Shown here piece after piece: positions 17,917 through 25,340 of a DNA stretch of 38,028 bases (positions within the stretch are counted from its first letter, which is position 1; each line of letters opens with the position of its first letter). This stretch comes from Chlamydiota bacterium. Its GTDB lineage: Bacteria; Chlamydiota; Chlamydiia; Chlamydiales; SM23-39. The translations under genes were made by a program, and so were the position numbers. The stretch lies in contig JBCDEZ010000007.1 of NCBI GenBank assembly GCA_039179045.1, forward strand, positions 1 to 38,028, in the 5' to 3' direction. Under the pieces are notes generated by a model that did no database searches, was not told where the DNA came from, and was given only the letters and a program-made list of their open reading frames with translations.

Positions 17917-19929
17917 CTAAGATTCGCAAAGAACAGACAGGGCCTTCGATACTTTCAATCCATTAGTCGTAGTGACCTCCAGAGTATACTGGAAAATTTG
18001 CCCGATAGTGCTACGACGATTCACAAAGTCGATCTGTCCAGCTGTAGACATGCTATCTACGAGAGATCCATTTTCAAAGAGATCCACACTCTGTATTGAT
18101 ACAGGCAATTTGAGCGCTACATTGGCAGTTACTGCGATGAACAGATCGTCTTGCGCCAAAAAAGAGTCTTGCAAGCACTGCCCCGAAAAGTCGATGTCTA
18201 ACACATTCTCTAAGTAACCAAATACCTGGATGGATCGGAGCCCTTGGTCGGCAAGATACACATTATCCAAAGAGTCTACAAAAACTGAACTAGGCACTTC
18301 ACTAATAAGTAGAGGATCACCCGGACCGGTGGGAATACCAGGAATGGAAAAAAAAGGCTCCCCTGTAGCATCGAAAACAAGGAGCTCTCCGTAGACCTCA
18401 CCACCCGGATCTTCTGGCAAACTCAAAACATACACATTGCCCGAGCGATCCAGGGCTGCCCCTATCGGAAACGCTTCTGGGAAATCGAGTCCTGTAATCT
18501 GGAATCCCGTGAAATCGCCTTCAGGCGTATAAGCGCTTACAACTCCCGCACTAGAATCCACAACATAGATGTCTCCGTTTGCAGCATACAGGGCTGAAGG
18601 ACGAATAAAAGCACTGCCTCCGTTGGCAGTTCCGTCGAAAGAAAATTGCAAATTCCCCTGATCGTCGAAAACCAACACCAAGTCCTGCCCTACATCTGCT
18701 ACATAAACCCTATCGGATGGATCGATAGCCACCCAAGTCGGAACCGGAGAGCTAGAAACGCCCGGAACGGGAAAAGTAAATTGAAAATTGCCTGATGAGT
18801 CGTAAGTGCGCACCGAGTCGCTCGATTCATTGACTACGTAAATCAGTCCAGGGGAGCTAATTGCTATACTCAGATCAGTTGAGGAAAAAGCAGTTCCTCC
18901 GTTTCCTGTTCCATCGAAGCTATTTTTCACAGATCCATCCGGATTGTATATATAGAGCCTTCCAAAGTCTCTATCCAAGACATACGAGTTGCCCTGAGAG
19001 TCGACGACAGCTGAAATCGGCTCCAGCAAACGGGATATACCATCTATGATCCCATCAATCGAAAAGATCTCCTGAAAACTCGGGTCGTAGGCGGTCACAG
19101 AATTTAGAGCGGACACGAAAATCGTGCCATTTTCTGTTACTCCGATCCCTCCTAAAGAAGAAGAAGGTGTAGAGAAAGATCCTGTCTGCGTGCCCGAAGA
19201 GTCAAACACTTGTACATTATTGAAACTGCGTACATAGATCGATCCAGAGCTATCGGTAGCCACATTCACTGCATTCGTAAGACCGGGAATCTCCCGCAAA
19301 AAGGAAAAATTTGCGTCATAAATTTGTACGCGTCCTGGCTCTACAACATAAATTAATCCTTGAGGATCGATAAAAATCGAGAGGGGATTTACAAAAGCGC
19401 TCCCACCTCCTTCGTTTCCCGTGAAGGCGCGCAAAAACCCACCATTTGCATCAAATTCCTGGACGGGAGGTGAAAGATTGTTATCGACAACATATACGTT
19501 GCCCTCGGGCGATACAGCAACGCTATCTGGATCGGAAAAGGCCTGGCCTCCGTTTGCCGAACCATCAAAGGATAGAACAAAATTTCCTTCTGCATCAAAC
19601 ACAAAGACCAAAAAATCGGGGAAAAATTCGCTAGGAATATTGCCAATGATGTAGGAGCGATTTTCACTGTCGGTAGCAATCGATGTCCTTCCAGCAGCGA
19701 AAGGAGCTGTATTGACTGCCCGATAAAAAGAACCATCCGCATTGTATATTTGCGTTGCGGTGTTTCCTCGAACATAGACCCGGTCATCGGCTCCCACAAC
19801 CAAACTTTGCGCCTGGCGAATGAGAAGATTCTCCGGTCCAAAAAAATTGAAGAGAAGTCCATAATCCTCAGGAGGATTTCCAACAAGGGGGAAAAAAGCC
19901 AAGAAAAACAAACAACAAAAAAGACGCAC
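17917..19929 (-). CDS. Exported NHL-repeat (tandem beta-propeller) protein with a C-terminal beta-sandwich-like domain
   Basis: Many NHL blades (PDSVAVSPEGNVYVVD, PTWVAIDPSDRVYVAD, PSSVFVDSLDNVYLAD) and a recurring SFDGxxNGGxAF linker. Signal-like GTG start at 19929 (MRLFCCLFFLAFFPLVG); the ORF is open to 20061. Confidence 0.85.
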   Translation of the reverse strand: MRLFCCLFFLAFFPLVGNPPEDYGLLFNFFGPENLLIRQAQSLVVGADDRVYVRGNTATQIYNADGSFYRAVNTAPFAAGRTSIATDSENRSYIIGNIPSEFFPDFLVFVFDAEGNFVLSFDGSANGGQAFSDPDSVAVSPEGNVYVVDNNLSPPVQEFDANGGFLRAFTGNEGGGSAFVNPLSIFIDPQGLIYVVEPGRVQIYDANFSFLREIPGLTNAVNVATDSSGSIYVRSFNNVQVFDSSGTQTGSFSTPSSSLGGIGVTENGTIFVSALNSVTAYDPSFQEIFSIDGIIDGISRLLEPISAVVDSQGNSYVLDRDFGRLYIYNPDGSVKNSFDGTGNGGTAFSSTDLSIAISSPGLIYVVNESSDSVRTYDSSGNFQFTFPVPGVSSSPVPTWVAIDPSDRVYVADVGQDLVLVFDDQGNLQFSFDGTANGGSAFIRPSALYAANGDIYVVDSSAGVVSAYTPEGDFTGFQITGLDFPEAFPIGAALDRSGNVYVLSLPEDPGGEVYGELLVFDATGEPFFSIPGIPTGPGDPLLISEVPSSVFVDSLDNVYLADQGLRSIQVFGYLENVLDIDFSGQCLQDSFLAQDDLFIAVTANVALKLPVSIQSVDLFENGSLVDSMSTAGQIDFVNRRSTIGQIFQYTLEVTTTNGLKVSKALSVLCES

Positions 19930-20158
19930 AAGACTACCTATAAATTTCAGAAATAAATTCTGAATTATCGGCAGAGTTTTTGTAAATAAAAATCTTGAAA
20001 TATGAATTGGTAAACAGAAAAGCTCTCTACTTTTTCGCTGCTGCAAAATCAAGGATCGCACCTCGTATGAGGAGGGCTTTGTTTTGGTTGAAAAAGATCA
20101 CCGCTGCAAGAAACATGGAAAGTAGGCATACTCAATCCTTTTACAGATAGAACAGAAT

Positions 20159-21010
20159 ATGCATTCAAGAAAAATAGACAGCTCAACTATTCGGCCTTGC
20201 GAAGGGATCATGTTCAACCGTGTGCGGAAGAGAATGGAATACTGCGTAGATTGCCTGGTCGAATCGCTATTCAATCTAATCAGCTCGTTTTTTGCTGGAT
20301 ACCAGTGTCCTGCAATCTGTCTTTACATTACTGTAAGTGCAGAGAGCTTTCTTTTCTTAAACAGCATATTTTTAGAGCGCTTTCCTTCTGGTCCCAAGTG
20401 GTTTTCTGTTGTCGGTATAGCGGATACATCGGGATTAGCCCTGCAGTTGCTGCAATTAGAGCATGACTGGATTGGCACATTGGAAAAAACTTTCCTAATT
20501 GAAAAAATTGCGTTAGGAAAATTCTTGCTCTTCGGGCTATCAATCAGAGCGATTACCCGCTTTTGGATCTACCAGGTATTCGTGGGAAGAGGTAATCCGG
20601 AACAATTTCTACAGATCTTGTTTTGCAACGTGCTCCTGCACTGTTTTTTGATGAGCTTTGCCATGACAAAAAAAACTCAAGAAAATCAAATACAGGAATT
20701 CAAAGCCCGATTACAATGCAAATCCCGCCTAGGAAAAACCCTGGGAGCTAGTCTACACTCTCTCTCCTTGTTCCAGGCAAGCTGCAGTAGGCTATACTAT
20801 TTGAGAGAAATCGCTCAAAGCACGCTGAGTAGATGGGGAGCGATATGTGAGGAGTGGTGCGATGAGGTGATTTTCAAGGAAAAATGCCGCTTTTCCCATT
20901 CCCCATCCAATAGAACCTACGAAGTTCTAGCTCTTTTGCAAGAGGGAACATTCCATTTATATCCAGCTCTCCTACAAGACCAGAAAACAGACCATAACAA
21001 ACATGGTTAG
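20159..21010 (+). CDS. Hypothetical protein with several hydrophobic segments
   Basis: 283-aa ORF filling the gap between the NHL gene and tatD; no recognisable motif; start uncertain. Confidence 0.55.
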   Translation: MHSRKIDSSTIRPCEGIMFNRVRKRMEYCVDCLVESLFNLISSFFAGYQCPAICLYITVSAESFLFLNSIFLERFPSGPKWFSVVGIADTSGLALQLLQLEHDWIGTLEKTFLIEKIALGKFLLFGLSIRAITRFWIYQVFVGRGNPEQFLQILFCNVLLHCFLMSFAMTKKTQENQIQEFKARLQCKSRLGKTLGASLHSLSLFQASCSRLYYLREIAQSTLSRWGAICEEWCDEVIFKEKCRFSHSPSNRTYEVLALLQEGTFHLYPALLQDQKTDHNKHG

Positions 21011-21819
21011 GAAAGACTCGCATTGCGGCGCTTAGCCGCATCTTTTTCCAGTGAGAAGAACCGGACTGCATTGTTGAAGGTCGACTGAGCAGCCTCTTCT
21101 AGGGAAATATTTTTGATTTTTGCAAGAGCCGTTACGGTCTCTACCAAGTAAGATGGCTCGTTCACCCGCCCTCTTTTTCCCTGAGGAGCTAGATAAGGAG
21201 CATCTGTTTCAACAAGCAGGCTTGTAAGAGGCACCTCATAGAGCACCTCACTAAGGGTCTGTTTGGGATAGGTCACGATTCCACTGCAAGAGAGCATCCA
21301 TCCCCTTTCTAAGATAGCTGCAGCCTCTTTGGCTGTCCCAGTAAAGCAGTGGACCATAGCAGGGAATCCCCCTTTTTTACCGTATTCGGCATCGCAAAAG
21401 GAGAAAAGATCTTCAAAAGCATTGCGACAGTGGAAGATAAGAGGCAAGGAGAGCTCCCAAGCGAGATGAAGATAGGCGCGTAAAAACTCTTTTTGCAGCT
21501 CTGCTGTACTAGTTGTGTGGTAGTAGTCCAAGCCTGTCTCCCCAATAGCGCTGAGCTCACCTCTTTTCGCAGCTTCTCCAAAAACCTGCACATCTTCTCG
21601 ACTTTTTGTTGCTACATCTGTGGGAACCGTAGCGCCTGCATTGTAGAATGAGGGGTAGAGACTTGCGAGCCTTTTCCCCTCGTGTAAAGAGTCTACATCT
21701 GTGCAAATATTCATAACATGGAAGTCGCTCAGAAGTAGGGCTCGCTCCATCACCTCAGCGCTTGTATCCATAGCGCTAATGTGCGCATGAGCATCGAAAT
21801 AGGGCAGTCTTGCATCCAT
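21007..21819 (-). CDS. tatD: TatD family metal-dependent DNase
   Basis: FDAHAH, IGETGLDY, FHCR, HCFTG, VETDAPYLAP, RGRVNEP. Confidence 0.95.
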   Translation of the reverse strand: MDARLPYFDAHAHISAMDTSAEVMERALLLSDFHVMNICTDVDSLHEGKRLASLYPSFYNAGATVPTDVATKSREDVQVFGEAAKRGELSAIGETGLDYYHTTSTAELQKEFLRAYLHLAWELSLPLIFHCRNAFEDLFSFCDAEYGKKGGFPAMVHCFTGTAKEAAAILERGWMLSCSGIVTYPKQTLSEVLYEVPLTSLLVETDAPYLAPQGKRGRVNEPSYLVETVTALAKIKNISLEEAAQSTFNNAVRFFSLEKDAAKRRNASLS

Positions 21820-22069
21820 AGCTATATATCCTGGAAATAGAATTGTCTCCTACACAGAATAGAAAAGTAGACGTTTTTTGTCCCCAGTTTTGTCCTCGGG
21901 AAATCAAGGATTGCGCTCTAAGAATCTCTCGAGAAAAAATGCATGAGGACAAATCTTCTGGTTTACCTACAAACAAGACCTAGGAAAAGAGCTTCTCCAA
22001 GGAGAATTTGGTTGCAACGCGTCTTTGGTCCATGGTTTAATTTGAGAGTAACCTATATGCGAATGCGTT

Positions 22070-22858
22070 ATGGAGCCCTTCTTTTTCCTTCGATGCTTGC
22101 TTTTTCCCTACTGCACGTTCTTGAACCGTGTGAGCTGCGCGCTTTGCGCGATATGCAAGAGGACATTCCATCCATGCTTTTTCCTCACTCCACGCCTTTT
22201 GTGGCTCCTCTTTTTGGGCTGTACCAGTTGCGGCGTTCAGAGCGTTGAGACCTGGGAAGATGTGAAAACAGCTAGCCGCTATATGCGAAAGAGTGTACAA
22301 CATTTCTTAGGTTTCGAGAACGAAGAATCGCGGCAACTCGCGACTGAAGAAGACTTTTTGGGACCTCAAGAGGGGCGGGAGATTCCCTCTCAAGAAGAGG
22401 ATCTCTGTCTAGAAGGAACCCTCGCGGAGGAAAACTTCTTATTTGCCCAAACAAGCGCACTTTTTAGAGAAGCGCCCGGCTCTTTGGAGGTCTCATTTGC
22501 CTACCGACAAGAAGCGGAGCAGCGCTTGCAGCCAATCTATTTTGCAGAAGATAGCCATGCAATCGGAAAAGACGAGAGCAAAGCCCTCGACCAGATTGCC
22601 CAACTACTCGAAACCAACCCTGGTTTTTCCCTGCTCATTGAAGGACACTGTGACAGCAGAGCATCTGCCGCCTACAACCGAGCTTTAGCGAAAAAATGCG
22701 CAGATGAGGTGCGCCTGCGCCTAGCAGAAAAAGGCATCGATGCAGATCGCCTCTATACAACATCCTATGGAAAAAAGCATGCGGTATCTACTGGTTTTTT
22801 GTCCGGATCTTTTCGGCAAAATAGCAGGGTCACTTTCAAACTGTTTCGAGAGGAATAA
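22070..22858 (+). CDS. pal: Pal/OmpA-like lipoprotein (divergent; true start uncertain)
   Basis: Lipobox-like LLFLGCTSC, then TWEDVKTASRY; C-terminal OmpA-like domain IYFAEDS...IEGHCDSR...YNRALA...TTSYGK...NSRVTF. Confidence 0.8.
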   Translation: MEPFFFLRCLLFPYCTFLNRVSCALCAICKRTFHPCFFLTPRLLWLLFLGCTSCGVQSVETWEDVKTASRYMRKSVQHFLGFENEESRQLATEEDFLGPQEGREIPSQEEDLCLEGTLAEENFLFAQTSALFREAPGSLEVSFAYRQEAEQRLQPIYFAEDSHAIGKDESKALDQIAQLLETNPGFSLLIEGHCDSRASAAYNRALAKKCADEVRLRLAEKGIDADRLYTTSYGKKHAVSTGFLSGSFRQNSRVTFKLFREE

Positions 22859-23517
22859 TGCGCTCTACGAAACCGCTACTTTTGTTTGTCTTAGGAGCTG
22901 TCACAAGTTGTACTCCTCTCACTTCATCTCCCGATGAAGAAAAGCACCAGGCAGAGCTCACACTCCATGAAATCCAGACAAATGTCGATGATCTCAGACA
23001 CGATCTCAACCGCTTCCAAACAGAACTAAGCATTTCTGATGACAAAATGCGGCATCAAGAAAAAAGCCTCTCATCATTGAAAGATACCGAGTGGAAATCT
23101 TTGACGCAGTCGTTGCAACAGCTCTCTCAAACAGTCGAGGAGCACCACCAGGAAATTACCCGCTTAAGGATTGAGGCAAAGGAGACGAAAGCAATGCTCG
23201 ATAACCTCTCCTTGCAGGGGCAGAATAGGGCACGCGCTCTTGTACAGTACAAGGGACGGCTCGAAGAGATGACATCGGAGATGCGGGGGCAAAGCGACCG
23301 TTTGCAAGAGCTGATCACCGTCAAAGAGCTATTGCATAAATTGAGCGCAAAAGTGCACGGAAGCGCTCCCTGTGTCCCCTACATGGTGAAAGCAGGCGAT
23401 ACCCTTGAGTCCATTGCACAAGTCCACGGGATCAGCGTCGAACAGATCCTGCAAATGAACCGTCCTGAACAAACAATTGCCATCGGACAAGAGATCCTTC
23501 TGCCCCTAGCACCTTAG
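22858..23517 (+). CDS. Lipoprotein with long coiled coil and C-terminal LysM domain (CT601/CpoB-position gene)
   Basis: LLLFVLGAVTSC lipobox, heptad-rich middle, YMVKAGDTLESIAQVHGISVEQILQMN...IAIGQEILLP; translationally coupled to pal (TAATG). Confidence 0.88.
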   Translation: MRSTKPLLLFVLGAVTSCTPLTSSPDEEKHQAELTLHEIQTNVDDLRHDLNRFQTELSISDDKMRHQEKSLSSLKDTEWKSLTQSLQQLSQTVEEHHQEITRLRIEAKETKAMLDNLSLQGQNRARALVQYKGRLEEMTSEMRGQSDRLQELITVKELLHKLSAKVHGSAPCVPYMVKAGDTLESIAQVHGISVEQILQMNRPEQTIAIGQEILLPLAP

Positions 23518-23618
23518 TTTTCCGGGTAGCGCTTGATAGGTAATGCTTGCCGGCGATTGTAGTCACAGATGAAATTTTTTTTACTCCCACGTGATTTGCA
23601 AATTTTTTAGAGACTTCT

Positions 23619-23648
23619 TTGGATTTTTTCGCCCAAGAGGAATATACT
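23619..23648 (+). promoter_or_regulatory. Putative sigma66 promoter
   Basis: TTGGAT-N18-TATACT about 65 bp upstream of the GTG at 23715. Confidence 0.4.
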
Positions 23649-23714
23649 CTAGTCTTGAGTGAGCGCTTCAGGTCAAACATGAGGTAGGCCTGCACTTATC
23701 CGTATGGAGCACCT

Positions 23715-24134
23715 GTGAAACCATTGACCGTCTCTTTTCTCTTCTTCTTTTTGACCGCATGCCATCTCGGTTCTTCTGCTTTCTACCAGTATGGAGGAAT
23801 TGCGGGCCTCTCTCCAACAGAAAGAGAGGCCATTTTTGGCATGGGCAGTCCTCCTTTAAGCAAGTCTGTTGTCGGATCTTCTTTCGACGAGCAAGACCGC
23901 AGGCTACTCGAAAAGACTAGTCCGGCAACATTACAAAAAATTCAGCAAGGAAGTTCCCTATCGATTCAAGATATCATCCGGTTGCATGAGGCGGGCATCA
24001 ACGATGAGATCATCATGCACTATATCCACCATACGAAGACCTCCTATCGCCTGAGTCATGATACGATTCGCCAACTGCAACAAGCAGGCTCCAGTCAAAA
24101 GCTGATCAATTACATCATCGATACCGTCCGCTAA
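23715..24134 (+). CDS. Small putative lipoprotein
   Basis: GGAG RBS, FLFFFLTAC lipobox, two internal LxxxxIxxLxxAGxxxxxIxYI helical repeats. Confidence 0.8.
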   Translation: MKPLTVSFLFFFLTACHLGSSAFYQYGGIAGLSPTEREAIFGMGSPPLSKSVVGSSFDEQDRRLLEKTSPATLQKIQQGSSLSIQDIIRLHEAGINDEIIMHYIHHTKTSYRLSHDTIRQLQQAGSSQKLINYIIDTVR

Positions 24135-24155
24135 GAGAGAAAACCATCTCCTAAG

Positions 24156-25142
24156 CTACCGACTCGCTTGGGAAAATAGCCATCTCAACTGCTCCCAAAT
24201 GTGGGGAAACGTATCTTGAAAAAAGAGGTAAGAGCTGCGCCAATCTGCCATTGCAAGGAAAATTCCGGAAAAAGCGAGTAGGCTCCCTTTCCAATGTACG
24301 ATCTCGTTGTAGAGCCATTTCCCCCAAAGATTGCACAGGAAGATCGTAGCTACAGAAAAAAGGGGAAAAAGAACAGCATGTTCCAAAACAGAGGCATACT
24401 GCGCGGCGCGAGCTAAAAAAAGTGCATAAAAAGCATTGCATACTCCTCCCAAAGTACCTAAATAACAGGCTCGCAAAGAGACGATTTTTTCCCCTTTTTG
24501 CATGCAGAACAACGTGTGCAGACAAGCAGCTCCCACATACATCAAGGGGAGAAAATAGGCACTTTTTGCAACATCTTGGGGATAGATTCTTAAGTAGGCG
24601 AAAGAATCGGGATAGCGAACCATCCAAGAGCGCCACTCGAGACCTACGAGAAAGCAGACGTGGCAGAAAATAGCAAGAAAGCAGTAGAGAGTCCAAGCGC
24701 GCCATTGATGCGTTCCACCGCAGCCTTTTGCAGCCCAAAAAATTCCTGCCAAAACCATCAAAGAACCGAAAAAATGGTGCCAGTAATAGGGAAAACCAAG
24801 TTCAGGGCCAAAAAGAGCGAAGAGCAAAAAGCTCGGCAATACGTTGGAAGCATTGAGACTTGCAATCGTCAAAGAAGAGGGGCCATATGCAAGCGCTTTG
24901 CCGAGGTAGTAGAGCGTGGCACCGAAAATACCTCCTAGAGATAGCGAGCTAAGGACCAGCATACCATTCCAAGTGCTTGCAGCGCCTAGGGCATTTTGCA
25001 GACAATAGGAGCAAATACTTGCCATCCAAAGTTCAACCATCAAAAAAGATTGCGTACCATGAAACGATCCGACGCTTTTGCGCATGCAAAGGTTGTAAGC
25101 AGCGGCAAAAAGGGCAGCAAAAGTCACACATAGAGATCCCAT
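24156..25142 (-). CDS. DMT/EamA superfamily membrane transporter
   Basis: About 10 TM segments; LGKALAYGPSSLT, two-repeat architecture. Start moved to ATG 25142 (GGGAG RBS). Confidence 0.8.
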   Translation of the reverse strand: MGSLCVTFAALFAAAYNLCMRKSVGSFHGTQSFLMVELWMASICSYCLQNALGAASTWNGMLVLSSLSLGGIFGATLYYLGKALAYGPSSLTIASLNASNVLPSFLLFALFGPELGFPYYWHHFFGSLMVLAGIFWAAKGCGGTHQWRAWTLYCFLAIFCHVCFLVGLEWRSWMVRYPDSFAYLRIYPQDVAKSAYFLPLMYVGAACLHTLFCMQKGEKIVSLRACYLGTLGGVCNAFYALFLARAAQYASVLEHAVLFPLFSVATIFLCNLWGKWLYNEIVHWKGSLLAFSGIFLAMADWRSSYLFFQDTFPHIWEQLRWLFSQASR

Positions 25143-25291
25143 ATCCCACTCCCTGTTTGTCAAGCGCGCACCTTTCACTTGCGCAAAATCTCTTAAGATA
25201 CATCCAAAGTTATACTCTAATGCTCCGCAAGTCAATCTTATTGCAACCGCTTGTTTGTCCCGTAAAAGCAAGAGCTTTTTGCACGCGAGTC

Positions 25292-25320
25292 TTGGATAAT
25301 TAATAAAAGGCGACTATAAT
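25292..25320 (+). promoter_or_regulatory. Sigma66/sigma70 promoter of the TPR gene
   Basis: TTGGAT-N17-TATAAT followed by AAGGAG RBS and GTG at 25341. Confidence 0.65.
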
Positions 25321-25340
25321 TTTGGACAAAAGGAGTTTTT

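Noticed and set aside
19930..20061. N-terminal 44 codons of the 714-aa ORF
   Set aside because: AT-rich and promoter-like; a signal-peptide-like sequence begins only at GTG 19929.
21943..22303. ORFs 21943-22248 (+) and 22037-22303 (-) as remnants of tolB or dsbD
   Set aside because: No TolB propeller or DsbD motifs visible; they overlap the pal 5' region.
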